Shown: piece by piece, positions 27,419 through 36,963 of the stretch | Layout of the letters: each line of letters begins with the position of its first letter | Position numbering within the stretch: position 1 is the stretch's first letter | Assembly (NCBI GenBank): GCA_014896315.1 | Contig: JADBKP010000001.1 | Coordinates: 393,557 to 457,556, forward strand | Source: Limnochordales bacterium | GTDB taxonomy: Bacteria > Bacillota > Limnochordia > Limnochordales > DUMU01 | Reading direction: 5' to 3' | DNA length: 64,000 nt | Translations under genes and position numbers: made by a program | The notes under the pieces: generated by a model | The model's input: only the letters and a program-made list of their open reading frames with translations | Told to the model about the DNA's origin: nothing | The model's database searches: none

Positions 27419-29968
27419 ATGGATGCGCCTGGCGTTCCCCGTTGGGACGAGTTGGACGAGAAGATTCTGCAGCTCTTGCGCGTGAATGGCAGGATGCCCC
27501 TGGCCGAGATCGCCTTGCAAGTGGGGGTGGCAGTGAGCACCGTATCCAACCGGATTCGCCGCCTCAGCGAAGCAGGCGTAGTACAGGGATATCGGCCCCT
27601 GGTCAACCCGCGCTTCTCCGTAGCCGGGGTGGAAGCACTGGTAACAGTTGCGAGCAGCAATCCTCGGGACTTGCAGCTGGTTCTCCAGGAGTTGCAGGCA
27701 GCCGGGGTTCGAATTGGAGAGGTCTATCGCACCCTGGGCAGTACTGAGTACATCTGCCGGGTAGTGGCGCCCGGTGTTGACCATCTTGACCGCGCCATGG
27801 CCAGCTTTGAGCGGCTCGAAAACATCCGGGTCAGTTTGCTAGTTCTCACCGAACTGGTCGCCTTTCCGGAACCATCACTGGACCATGGCACACCCACCGG
27901 CCCCCTCTCCGAACAGCGCCCTCTCGAGCCGGGGACCCGGTTATACTTCGTCAGCCTGACCGAGTACGACCCGGATCGTACACCACCGGCCCAGGTCGTA
28001 GAATACCTCGCCCGCGCTGGCTACCGGACGCTGGTCGTCGACGCCGTCAACCCCTGGGGCGCATACTACGCCAGCCGCCGTCTGCCCCTTGCCCCTCACT
28101 GTCACGGCCGGGATTTGCTGGCCGCCTTCTGCGAAGCGAGCCGGAGCCGCGGCGTCAACCTCCTGGCAGCCATCGAGTGCCGGGCAATGCCGCAGTTTCT
28201 CGCTGCTCAGCATCCGAGCTGGCTGCAGCGGTATGCCGGTGGTGAGGCAGCGAAAGCCTATGGGCCTTTCTTTCGCGGCTGTTTTCGGGGTAACTGGCAA
28301 GAATGGCTGCGGTCGCTGGCCAAAGAGCTGCTTGAAACTTATCCCCTGGATGGCCTGGTCGCTCTCAACCCCGAGTATGACCCGTCCGCCTGCTACTGCG
28401 ACAACTGCCGGCAGGGCTTTCAAGCCCACAACGGAATGCAGCTGCCTGCAAAGCCGGACAGCATTGACTACCCAACCTGGTCCCGCTGGTTGGAATGGAA
28501 AGTGGCAGCCATCAACCAGTTCATCGTCTCCCTGGCAAACCTCGTGCATGCGCACTCGCCCCGGCACCGGCTGCTCGTCATGAGCGACCAGGCCCTCTCC
28601 GACCGTTCACAGGCTTACGGCATTCGCCTGCAGCACCTGGCGGAACGGTGCGATGGCGTGGTCTGCGCCGGCGAGCCGGGCATCCGCAGCTCCGCTCCGC
28701 TGCTGGAGAGTCTCGACCGCTGTGAGCGGGGCGCTGCTCTCGCGTCCCGCCAGACCTTCATTGCCTCGTTGTCGGGCTCCTATGCGCCATGGACTTACTA
28801 CGCCATCCCTGCTGAGCCGCTGCAGCTTGCTTTAGACCTCATGGCAGCCGCAGGCCAGAACGTAGCCTGTCTTGACCTGGGCCGTGTTGAGGAGTTGCCT
28901 CCTGCCTCTCCCGTCGCCGGTGTAGACATCCTTTCCGTACCGCGCCAGCCGCTCTGGCACTACTGCGCACTTCTCTACTCCCCCGAGGACTGGTGCACCG
29001 CGGCCGGACGTCAGGCCCGACCTTCTCATGCCGACTGCTTTCGCGGATTTTACAAGGCACTCACCCGTGCCAGTCTTCCGTTTGAAGTCATCAGCCTCCT
29101 GAAGGTGGGGAACGATCCGTCCGCGCTTGAAAAGCTGTCTACCTTCCGGACATTGATCCTGCCTTCCCTCAACGACCTGCCCATATCAATGGCTCGCTGG
29201 CTCGTACACTACGTTGAAGCCGGAGGAAGCGTCGTTGGTTCATTCCTGGGCATCATGAACCAGCCCCAAACAGACGTAGCCATTGTCCTTGAGGATCTCT
29301 TCGGTCTGGCGCGAGTCGAGCCACCGGTACAGGTTGAAGCAGCTTACACAGTTATCACATGCGGGCAGCTGCGGGAGACTCCTTCCGTCCTCCCGGCCTA
29401 CCCGCGCTGGCTTCCCGTTCAAACCGATCGGGCAGAGGTTTGGGGGACTATCCTGGCCCAGGAGAGTGCCTGGGGAGGTCTCTCCCAGACAAACAAGCCT
29501 GCCCTGGTAGCCACAAAGCGTGGCAGGGGACGAACGCTTCTCTTCACGTTTCCGTTTGGTGCACTCTACGATCAGTTTTCCGATCCCGGGCTCGAGATGC
29601 TGCTGCGGGCAGTTCTCTCATGGGCGGCAGGTGAGGAGTCCCCGCTGCTTATCGAGTCAGAACGTTCACTGGTATGCCGGGCCAGTCGGGCGTTGGAAAG
29701 CCCCGAAAGGGCCTGGCTCTACATCGTCGATGGGGATTATGTGTTTGCGCCCCGCCCCTGGCGGCGCCCGCCACAGCTCCCGCACGGGCGCGTCATACTG
29801 CGCCTTCCCCGTCCACCCCGCCATGCCTCCTGGACGCCTTCCGGTCACAAAGCTTCCTGGGAGAGGGTAGAGAAACTTCCCTCGGGAAAGCCGGTCGACG
29901 GCACCTACTATGCCTTCCCCTTCGCCGGTATCACGGCCGGCAGTCTGTTAGTCATCGACTTTGAGTGA
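27419..29968 (+). CDS. Lrp/AsnC-family transcriptional regulator fused to a GH42-like (GHL6/GH42-type) TIM-barrel and GH42M-like module (849 aa)
   Basis: The N-terminus ELDEKILQLLRVNGRMPLAEIALQVGVAVSTVSNRIRRLSEAGVVQGY plus a RAM-like domain covers about 150 aa. Next comes LVALNPEYDPSACYCDNCRQGF (GH42-like NEY + CxCxxC) and later TLILPSLNDLPISMARWLVHYVEAGGSVVGSF (GH42 trimerisation-domain-like). ATG at 27419. Confidence 0.7.
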   Translation: MDAPGVPRWDELDEKILQLLRVNGRMPLAEIALQVGVAVSTVSNRIRRLSEAGVVQGYRPLVNPRFSVAGVEALVTVASSNPRDLQLVLQELQAAGVRIGEVYRTLGSTEYICRVVAPGVDHLDRAMASFERLENIRVSLLVLTELVAFPEPSLDHGTPTGPLSEQRPLEPGTRLYFVSLTEYDPDRTPPAQVVEYLARAGYRTLVVDAVNPWGAYYASRRLPLAPHCHGRDLLAAFCEASRSRGVNLLAAIECRAMPQFLAAQHPSWLQRYAGGEAAKAYGPFFRGCFRGNWQEWLRSLAKELLETYPLDGLVALNPEYDPSACYCDNCRQGFQAHNGMQLPAKPDSIDYPTWSRWLEWKVAAINQFIVSLANLVHAHSPRHRLLVMSDQALSDRSQAYGIRLQHLAERCDGVVCAGEPGIRSSAPLLESLDRCERGAALASRQTFIASLSGSYAPWTYYAIPAEPLQLALDLMAAAGQNVACLDLGRVEELPPASPVAGVDILSVPRQPLWHYCALLYSPEDWCTAAGRQARPSHADCFRGFYKALTRASLPFEVISLLKVGNDPSALEKLSTFRTLILPSLNDLPISMARWLVHYVEAGGSVVGSFLGIMNQPQTDVAIVLEDLFGLARVEPPVQVEAAYTVITCGQLRETPSVLPAYPRWLPVQTDRAEVWGTILAQESAWGGLSQTNKPALVATKRGRGRTLLFTFPFGALYDQFSDPGLEMLLRAVLSWAAGEESPLLIESERSLVCRASRALESPERAWLYIVDGDYVFAPRPWRRPPQLPHGRVILRLPRPPRHASWTPSGHKASWERVEKLPSGKPVDGTYYAFPFAGITAGSLLVIDFE

Positions 29969-31183
29969 TGACGCCGGCCCCTCTTCCAGCCAAGCAGCAA
30001 GGCGGGCGAGGATTTCCACCATGGCCGCCTGATCGAGAAGTGTAAGGTAAGCCTGCCCCCGACGCGGCAGGCCGCCGCGCCAGTCGGGAAGAAACCAGCC
30101 GTCCGCGTCCCGCGCTTGCACCAGCGCTGCCCTGACCGACCGTTCAAACCAGCGAAGCGGTTCGCTGTTTCCCGTCACTTCTGCGAAGCGCAGGTAGCCC
30201 CGAAGCAGAACGGCGTTGAACCAGGGAGTTGGCGGGGGGTAGGAGATGGGATCACTCTCGACAACCGAATCGCTCGGGATGGGATCGAAGAAGAGGCGGC
30301 TCCCTTCGACCATCCAGCGGGCAGCGTCCAGGTAGGTTACATCCTGGAAGAGGCGATAGAGCAGCACGACCGTTTCCAGCGGGGTACCCGTGTTGTAGGT
30401 CCAAAAGGTACGATCAATGCTGCCGTCCTGCCGGATGGCATCCCAGAAACGACCCGAAGGGGCCTGCAGGGTCTGTACGAGCCAGTTATAGATTCTTTCG
30501 CTCCACTTGAGGTAGACGTGGTCGCCGGTGAACAGGTAAAGCTCTGCCGCCAGCAGCGCTGCCGGGCCGTTGCTGCAAGTGTTTTTGCTTCCCGGATCAC
30601 CTTCACGCCAGGCTATTCCACCCCCGAGACGGTCATCCCACCCGCTGATGACGAAGGCGAAAGTCCGCTCGGCCTGGTCTACCAGCTCGGGACGGCCCAG
30701 TATCCGGGCGGCCCGCAGCAACTCCAGGCCAATCCAGGCATTGTCATCGTAATATCGTTGACCGCCCCCCCGCTCGAGCACGGCCGAATCGTAGCCGGGA
30801 ACCGGGCCGCTATCATCCCAGTACCGGGGCAGCGCCTCTCCTACCAGTCTCTCGACCACCGGCCGCCAGACCGCTCCCTCCTGGCCGGGATGAGCCGCCA
30901 GGGCGTTGGCCGCGGCCAGCGCGGCAGAAAACGGCCAGACATATGCCACTTGTATCTCCTCGCCCGCACCGCCCACCTGCTCCGTCCGGCCGGCGGGTTG
31001 CAGTTGCTCCCGCAGCAGCGGCGTTCCCGGAACAGCAAAGAACGCTAAAACTCGCGTAAAAAGACGAACGGCAGTACGGCGGAATCTGGCGGCAGTAAGA
31101 GTCGGGTCAGACCCTGGTGCATCCTGGTATGCTGTCACGCTCCCATCTCCTTGCTTTTCCCCGTTGGAACGGGGTAACTTCAT
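29948..31183 (-). CDS. Glycoside hydrolase family 76-like (alpha-1,6-mannanase family) protein
   Basis: YYDDNAWIGLELLRAARILG, GGGIAWREGDPGSKNTCSNGPAALLAAELY and TYNTGTPLETVVLLYR fit the GH76 alpha/alpha-6 barrel motifs. An alternative GTG start at 31138 has a better SD (AAGGAG). The 3' end overlaps the convergent gene by 21 nt. Confidence 0.75.
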   Translation of the reverse strand: MKLPRSNGEKQGDGSVTAYQDAPGSDPTLTAARFRRTAVRLFTRVLAFFAVPGTPLLREQLQPAGRTEQVGGAGEEIQVAYVWPFSAALAAANALAAHPGQEGAVWRPVVERLVGEALPRYWDDSGPVPGYDSAVLERGGGQRYYDDNAWIGLELLRAARILGRPELVDQAERTFAFVISGWDDRLGGGIAWREGDPGSKNTCSNGPAALLAAELYLFTGDHVYLKWSERIYNWLVQTLQAPSGRFWDAIRQDGSIDRTFWTYNTGTPLETVVLLYRLFQDVTYLDAARWMVEGSRLFFDPIPSDSVVESDPISYPPPTPWFNAVLLRGYLRFAEVTGNSEPLRWFERSVRAALVQARDADGWFLPDWRGGLPRRGQAYLTLLDQAAMVEILARLAAWLEEGPASSLKVDD

Positions 31184-32578
31184 CTAGTTGCGCAGGCTCG
31201 TCAGCGGTGCGGGAATGCGACCGCCCCTTTGGGCCAGGACTTCACAGCCAAAAGGAGAAACCCGCATTACCGGGCCACCTCCGAGCAGCCCTCCGAATCT
31301 GACCGAATCACCCGGCTTCTTTCCCGGTACAGGAATGATCCGCACTGCGGTGGTCTTGTGATTGATCACCCCTATACTCAGTTCATCAGCAAGAATACCC
31401 ACCAGCGTACTTGTGGGAATGTCGCCGGGAACTGGCACCATATCCAACCCGACTGAACAAACCGCCGTCATCGCCTCCAGTTTCTCGAGGCTGAGCGAGC
31501 CTTTCTCCACGCCATCGCACATACCACGGTCCTCGGTGACCGGGACAAAGCCCCCGCTCAAGCCACCGATGGCCGCCGAGGCCATCGCTCCGCCCTTCTT
31601 GACGGCGTCAATCAACAGCGCCAGGGCAGCCGTGGTTCCCGGAGCTCCCACGGAGTCAACGCCGATCGCCTCCAGGATCTCGGCGACGGAATCGCCCACA
31701 GCAGGAGTGGGGGCAAGGGACAGGTCGAGGATGCCGAAAGGCACTCCCAAACGGCGGGCTACCTCCCGGCCAACCAGTTCGCCGGCCCGGGAGATCTTAA
31801 ACGCTGTCCGCTTCACCGTCTCGGCCACCTGATCCAGGGGAGCATGCGGGCCCAAACGCCGAATCGCCTCGAGAACCACCCCTGGGCCGCTGATGCCGAC
31901 GTTGAGCACCGCCTCCGGCTCACCAATGCCGTGAACCGCCCCCGCCATGAAGGGGTTGTCTCCGGGCATGTTAGCAAAAACAACGAGGCGGGCGCAACCG
32001 CTCCCATCCGTGGACGCGGTCTTCTCGGCAGTCAACTTGATCTGTTCGGCCAAAAGGCGCAGCGCGTCCATATTGATGCCGGCCCGGCTACTGGCAGCAT
32101 TTACCGACGCGCACAACCTTTCCGTAGCTGCCAGAGCGTCCGACAGGGAAGCCAGAAAGACTTCGTCGCCTCGCGTCAATCCTTTCTCCACCAGGGCTGA
32201 ATAGCCACCGATGAAATTGACCCCTACCTCCCGGGCCGCCCGGTCAAGGGCCTCTGCCAGACGCACAAGTACCTGGATTTGCTTGGTCGTCCCCGGTCCC
32301 GCGGCAGCCACCGCCGCTTCTGCCACGAGTGAGATAGGCGTCACTGCGATGCGCTGGTTGATGATGGGGATGCCCAGCTCACTCTCTACCTCACGTGCGA
32401 CGGGAACCAGGCGCGCCGCGGTCCGCGTGATCTTGTCCAAAACACGTCGCACGAGCTCATCCGGGTCGGGGGTAATGCAGTCTCGCAGGCTGATACCGAG
32501 AGTGACGGTGCGGATGTCGAAGTGCTCCACTTCGACCATGCGAATCGTTTCTAGGATTTCCTGAAGGGTGAACGGCAT
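31184..32578 (-). CDS. UPF0210/DUF711 (PFL-like) family protein
   Basis: [34 protein letters not shown] and about 460 aa in length are characteristic. It is paired with the upstream ACT protein, as in many genomes. Confidence 0.85.
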   Translation of the reverse strand: MPFTLQEILETIRMVEVEHFDIRTVTLGISLRDCITPDPDELVRRVLDKITRTAARLVPVAREVESELGIPIINQRIAVTPISLVAEAAVAAAGPGTTKQIQVLVRLAEALDRAAREVGVNFIGGYSALVEKGLTRGDEVFLASLSDALAATERLCASVNAASSRAGINMDALRLLAEQIKLTAEKTASTDGSGCARLVVFANMPGDNPFMAGAVHGIGEPEAVLNVGISGPGVVLEAIRRLGPHAPLDQVAETVKRTAFKISRAGELVGREVARRLGVPFGILDLSLAPTPAVGDSVAEILEAIGVDSVGAPGTTAALALLIDAVKKGGAMASAAIGGLSGGFVPVTEDRGMCDGVEKGSLSLEKLEAMTAVCSVGLDMVPVPGDIPTSTLVGILADELSIGVINHKTTAVRIIPVPGKKPGDSVRFGGLLGGGPVMRVSPFGCEVLAQRGGRIPAPLTSLRN

Positions 32579-32638
32579 GACGCACCTCTCCTTGACCTGG
32601 TTACAGCCCGGACTGTCAGCCGGGGTTCGTGGGATTTG

Positions 32639-33010
32639 TTAAGGGCGGTGCATGCGGTGAAAAACCGCCTCCTTTTGTGCTAGAACTTGGACACCCAGCT
32701 CTTCTCCCGCCCGGACCAGTTCCGCCTTCAGTTCACCGAAGGGTACGTCTGCCCGGCTGAGATCGCCGATAAGAGTCATAGAGAACAACTCGCCAAAAAT
32801 CGTCTGGTTGATATCCAGGATGTTTACAGAGTGCCTGGCCAAAACGGAGGTGATCGTAGCGATGATGCCGATCCGGTCGCGCCCTAGCACCACCACTACC
32901 ACCCGGTCGTCCGCCTGCCTGGCCGTCCCCGGCGGCCCGCTCTCAGCATCGGACAGCTCCCGTCCAATCAGGCGCAACAGTTCTGACGTTTGCTTATTTT
33001 CTACCTCCAT
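32639..33010 (-). CDS. ACT domain-containing protein (UPF0237 family)
   Basis: VVVVVLGRDRIGIIATITSVLARHSVNILDINQTIFGELFSMTLIGDL. ATG at 33010 with a GGGAAGGTG SD; the track ORF over-extends to 33085. Confidence 0.8.
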   Translation of the reverse strand: MEVENKQTSELLRLIGRELSDAESGPPGTARQADDRVVVVVLGRDRIGIIATITSVLARHSVNILDINQTIFGELFSMTLIGDLSRADVPFGELKAELVRAGEELGVQVLAQKEAVFHRMHRP

Positions 33011-33184
33011 GCCCGACACCTTCCCGTCTCTTGCCAAGAGATCGAAATTGTCTGTACGTCTCCTGGCAGGAGAATATGGCAACATGCAGAAACCACGAAT
33101 GGTTTTTGTTTTCCAACAACGTCACTGTTCTTGCGTTTGCCGGAAACAAGCCTTCTCCTCCCGAGCCGAAAGGAGAGTGGGTAC

Positions 33185-33898
33185 ATGGCAAAACAAGAGT
33201 ACACTCCCGACCGCCCAGCCGACTTCGCGTTGCTTCCGTCCATCGTCTCGTGGCACGAACTGGCCAACCGCCTGGCGGTTGTCGAAACTCTGGTGCGGTT
33301 GATCGCAGCCTCAACTCCGGAGGAGTTGCGCCAAGGGCACCTCGACCGGTTGAAGCAGCAGGTCTACACACTTCGCAGCGCGGCTGAGGAGCTTTCCGAA
33401 CTAGCTACCGGGGCGCTCGCCGACAAATGGGAGATCCTTGACGTTGCACGTCTGCTGGCTCAGGTGTGCGAGTCCTTACTGGTAGAGGCCCAAATGGGCG
33501 GGGTGGCTCTGGACTACCCCGATGACCGATTCTCCACCACGCACTACCCGCCTCTCATTCGCGGCAACCGGCAGCTGCTGCGCCCGGCTCTGCTTAACAT
33601 CGTCCGTAATGCAATCCAGTTTTCACCTCCGGGTAGCAAGGTTAAGGCCCGGTTGCGCGCAACCCGGCACTGGGTTCACGTACAGATCCTCGATGAAGGC
33701 CCCGGCCTCCCACCAGCCTTTACCCCTGTTGCCCAGCAGCTTGGTGAAAGCACCCGTCCCGGCGGCCACGGCATCGGTCTGTACATAACTGCACTGGTGC
33801 TGGAGCGCTGGCATGACGGCCGTCTCCGCCTCTTCAACCGCAAACCCCACGGCAGCATTGCCTACATCCGTCTCCCCCGGCGGTTCACTCTGGAGTAA
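33185..33898 (+). CDS. Small soluble histidine kinase (DHp + HATPase_c only, no sensor or transmembrane region)
   Basis: AAAGGAG SD. H-box-like SWHELANRLAVVETL, N box LLNIVRNAIQFSP, G1 box ILDEGPGLP, G2 box GGHGIGLYIT. Confidence 0.65.
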   Translation: MAKQEYTPDRPADFALLPSIVSWHELANRLAVVETLVRLIAASTPEELRQGHLDRLKQQVYTLRSAAEELSELATGALADKWEILDVARLLAQVCESLLVEAQMGGVALDYPDDRFSTTHYPPLIRGNRQLLRPALLNIVRNAIQFSPPGSKVKARLRATRHWVHVQILDEGPGLPPAFTPVAQQLGESTRPGGHGIGLYITALVLERWHDGRLRLFNRKPHGSIAYIRLPRRFTLE

Positions 33899-33929
33899 GC
33901 CGCGCCTCGACCGGGTAGCGCTTCCTGCC

Positions 33930-34532
33930 TCACTTCCCATCCAACCCGAGCTCGGCAGCGGCTTTTCGCATACCGGCTATCACCTGGGCAATCAACTCAG
34001 ACAGCTCAAGCCCCAGTTCAGCTGCACCCTGGCGAATGACCTCCCGGTCAACGCCAGCGGCAAACCTCTTATCTTTCATCTTTTTCAGTACTGAAGCGGG
34101 TTCCAGGTTATGTAGTGAACGGTCGGGCCGCACCAAAGTCGCGGCGGTGATCAGGCCGGTAAGCTCGTCAACCGCAAAGAGGGCCCGGTCCATGTCACTC
34201 TCCCGCGGCGTACCGGTGTACTCAGCATGAGCCAGTACTGCATGAATCAACTCCGCCGGGTAGCCACGCCGCCGCAACTCCTCCGCGCCTCGATACGGGT
34301 GGTCTTCCGGGGTGGGGTACTTCTCCCAATCGAGGTCATGTAGTAGCCCGGCAAGTCCCCACAGCTCTGGGTCACCTCCCCGCAGCAAGGCCAGGTGGCG
34401 CATGGCCGCCTCCACGGCCAGGGCATGTTTGCGCAGAGAATCGCTCTTGACCCAGCTGCACAGCAACTCCCAGGCCTCATCTCTGCTTGGCAGGCGCGCC
34501 CCCGAGGGGCTTGGGCTGCCACTATCTGTCAT
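33930..34532 (-). CDS. HD/HDIG domain metal-dependent phosphohydrolase
   Basis: LRKHALAVEAAMRHLA..GLLHDLDWEKYP (H..HD motif) and about 200 aa in length. Confidence 0.75.
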   Translation of the reverse strand: MTDSGSPSPSGARLPSRDEAWELLCSWVKSDSLRKHALAVEAAMRHLALLRGGDPELWGLAGLLHDLDWEKYPTPEDHPYRGAEELRRRGYPAELIHAVLAHAEYTGTPRESDMDRALFAVDELTGLITAATLVRPDRSLHNLEPASVLKKMKDKRFAAGVDREVIRQGAAELGLELSELIAQVIAGMRKAAAELGLDGK

Positions 34533-34561
34533 TTCAATTCCTCCCCGACTCTGAGGTCGCG

Positions 34562-35677
34562 TTATGCAGCAAAACGGAAGAGAACCACGTCACCGTCCTG
34601 AATCTCGTACTCCTTGCCCTCGCTGCGCACCCAGCCCCTCTCCCGGGCGGCTGCAAAACTGCCGGCAACCAGGAGTTCTGCGGCGCTGATCACCTCGGCC
34701 TTGATAAAGCCACGCTCCATGTCGGAGTGAATCTGCCCGGCAGCCTGCGGCGCTTTCGTACCCGCCGGAACAAGCCAGGCCCGGGTCTCAATACCCTTGA
34801 CAGTGTAGAACCTGACAAGCCGGAGCGCCTCAAGACTTGCCAGCACCAAGCGTTCCAGACCCGAGCTAGCAATACCCATCTCATCCCGCAACTGCGCTGC
34901 CTCATCCGGTGCGAAGGCCGCCAGAGTCATTTCCAGTGCGGCGCTCACCGCGACAAGCGGCATTCCCCGGGCCCGTGCCCATCGTTCCAGATCTAGGTAA
35001 ACCGGAGGAGGTTCTCCCCTGGCCTGGGCGAGCCAATCACTCTCTGACAGGTTGGCGACGTAGATCATGGGCTTGGCGGTGAGGAGGAAGAGGTTGTCCA
35101 ACCAGCGCCGCTCCTGCTCGTCCGCAAGAGAGAAGGTACGGGCCGGCTCTCCGGCTGCCAGATGAGCAGCCAGGCGGTCGGTCCACTCTTTTTCTTGAAC
35201 TACCTGAGGATTGTGGCTCTTGACCTCGCGGGCCAGTTTCTCTTGCCGGCGGGCGAGGGTTTCCAGGTCGGCCAGCAACAACTCCGTCTCGACGATCTCC
35301 GCGTCTCGGATAGGATCAACCGACCCGTAGATGTGAGCCGCTTCCGAGCTCTCGAAACAACGCAGCACATGGGCAATGGCGTCGACCTGGCGGATGTGGC
35401 CGAGAAACTGGTTGCCCAGCCCCTCCCCGCGGCTGGCGTTCTTAACCAAGCCGGCGATGTCGATAAAGCGGGTGGTGGCCGGCGTAACCTTTTCCGGTTT
35501 CAGTAACCGGGCCAGCTCCACCAGGGTCGGGTCGGGAATCGGGACGACCCCGACGTTTGGTTCAATAGTACAGAAGGGATAGGGAGCAACCGCTGCCGTT
35601 CCCTGCACCAGGCTGTTAAAAAGAGTGGACTTGCCGGCATTGGGCAGGCCGACAATACCGGTGGCAAGCTCGTGCAC
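34562..35677 (-). CDS. ychF: Redox-regulated ribosome-binding ATPase YchF
   Basis: GIVGLPNAGKSTLFNSL, DIAGLVKNASRGEGLGNQFL and the C-terminal TGS-like KEYEIQDGDVVLFRF. Confidence 0.95.
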   Translation of the reverse strand: MHELATGIVGLPNAGKSTLFNSLVQGTAAVAPYPFCTIEPNVGVVPIPDPTLVELARLLKPEKVTPATTRFIDIAGLVKNASRGEGLGNQFLGHIRQVDAIAHVLRCFESSEAAHIYGSVDPIRDAEIVETELLLADLETLARRQEKLAREVKSHNPQVVQEKEWTDRLAAHLAAGEPARTFSLADEQERRWLDNLFLLTAKPMIYVANLSESDWLAQARGEPPPVYLDLERWARARGMPLVAVSAALEMTLAAFAPDEAAQLRDEMGIASSGLERLVLASLEALRLVRFYTVKGIETRAWLVPAGTKAPQAAGQIHSDMERGFIKAEVISAAELLVAGSFAAARERGWVRSEGKEYEIQDGDVVLFRFAA

Positions 35678-35926
35678 TCACGACTCCTCCTGCTCTGCTA
35701 TCTGCCGGCGCACGATGGCCTTGACACTCCGTTCAAACTGCGGCCGGGGCAGCATGACAACCCGATTGCAGCCTGTGCAGCGCAGGCGGAAGTCCATACC
35801 GGTTCTGATAACCTCCCAGTCCGTGCTGCCACACGGGTGCGGTTTGCGGAGACGTACGATGTCACCCAGGTAGAACTTGGCGCCAACGAAACTCACGACA
35901 ACCACCCCCGGGGGGGACGTCACCAT
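35678..35926 (-). CDS. DUF951 family protein (YyzM-like)
   Basis: LGDIVRLRKPHPCGSTDWEVIRTGMDFRLRCTGCNRVVMLPRPQFERSVK. It abuts ychF as in Bacillus. The start is ambiguous: ATG at 35926 or GTG at 35896. Confidence 0.7.
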   Translation of the reverse strand: MVTSPPGVVVVSFVGAKFYLGDIVRLRKPHPCGSTDWEVIRTGMDFRLRCTGCNRVVMLPRPQFERSVKAIVRRQIAEQEES

Positions 35927-35994
35927 TCTACCCCGCTCGGCCCTGATCCGCAAAAGTTCCGGGGCCGCAGCCACCAACCGGCCAAGCGGCCTGC

Positions 35995-36897
35995 TTACTG
36001 CGCGGGCTCGGACAGCTCGAGCGGCCAGGCCGGGTATGAGCCCAACACCCGAACCTGAACCTCCTGTCTTGCCAGCGCGGCAATCGCCTCGGAGAGCGGG
36101 GCCAGCAGCCGGTGGCCCTCACAGTCTATGTAGAAATTATACTCGCCGAGACGCCGCCGGGACGGGCGGCTCTCGATACGGGTCAGATTAATCCGTCTGC
36201 TGGCGAATTCCCCCAAGAGGTCGTAGAGCAGACCGGGACGGTCAGTCTCAGGCACCAGTATCAAAGAGGTCTTGTCCTTCCCGTGCGGCGAGGGCGGACG
36301 GTCATTCCAGCCTACCGCAACGAAGCGGGTGGCGTTGTTCTTCTCATCCTCTATGCCCCGGGCAAGTATCTCAAGGTTATAGATCTCGGCCGCCCGGGCC
36401 GGGGCGATGGCTGCCAGACGGCGATCACCCCGGGCGGCTACCAGCGCCGCACCCGCTGCCGTACTGCTTGCCTCCTCCACTTTAACAGAAGGGAGCACCT
36501 CCCGCAGAAACCGGCGACACTGGGCAAGTGCATGCGGGTAGGAGACCACCGTCTCCACCGTATCAATGCTTGTCCCCGGCAGGCCGAGCAGGCAGTGTTC
36601 AACAGGAACGACCACCTCGCCCCGCAGCCAGAGACCGCTCTCTGTCAACAGGGCGTTGAGAACGAGAGGGACCGACCCTTCCAGGGCGTTCTCCAGGGGA
36701 ACGAGAGCCTCGTCAGCCTTACCCTGGAGCAGCGCTCCCAGGGTGTCCGGAATAGTCGGACATGGAAGCAGGCTCGATACGCTGCCAGTTGCAGCTGCTG
36801 CAGCCGGAGCCCCATAGAAGTGACTGACATAACGCAAAGCGGCCGCCTCGCTGAAAGTACCGGGCGGCCCGAGGTACGCCAGCAACGCTTTACTCAT
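35995..36897 (-). CDS. pheA: Prephenate dehydratase
   Basis: LAYLGPPGTFSEAAA, NATRF and ESRP motifs plus a C-terminal ACT domain. GGAGAGGA SD. Confidence 0.9.
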   Translation of the reverse strand: MSKALLAYLGPPGTFSEAAALRYVSHFYGAPAAAAATGSVSSLLPCPTIPDTLGALLQGKADEALVPLENALEGSVPLVLNALLTESGLWLRGEVVVPVEHCLLGLPGTSIDTVETVVSYPHALAQCRRFLREVLPSVKVEEASSTAAGAALVAARGDRRLAAIAPARAAEIYNLEILARGIEDEKNNATRFVAVGWNDRPPSPHGKDKTSLILVPETDRPGLLYDLLGEFASRRINLTRIESRPSRRRLGEYNFYIDCEGHRLLAPLSEAIAALARQEVQVRVLGSYPAWPLELSEPAQ

Positions 36898-36963
36898 TAC
36901 TCATCCTCTCCGGGCCTCCGCGGCAGGTCGATGATGGGATAGAGGGTCGGATCGTAGATCGAA

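Noticed and set aside
27007-27784. 217-aa and 155-aa minus-strand ORFs upstream of and over the Lrp-fusion gene start
   Set aside because: They overlap the GH38 fragment, the junk DNA and the antisense of the Lrp HTH, and I recognise no family. The stretch LVEQFIQVRRNYLAHKVWIKELEEGAG was considered as a mobile-element remnant but could not be supported.
30116-31048. 310-aa plus-strand ORF opposite the GH76 gene
   Set aside because: The minus-strand frame carries the GH76 motifs, and the plus-strand product is featureless.
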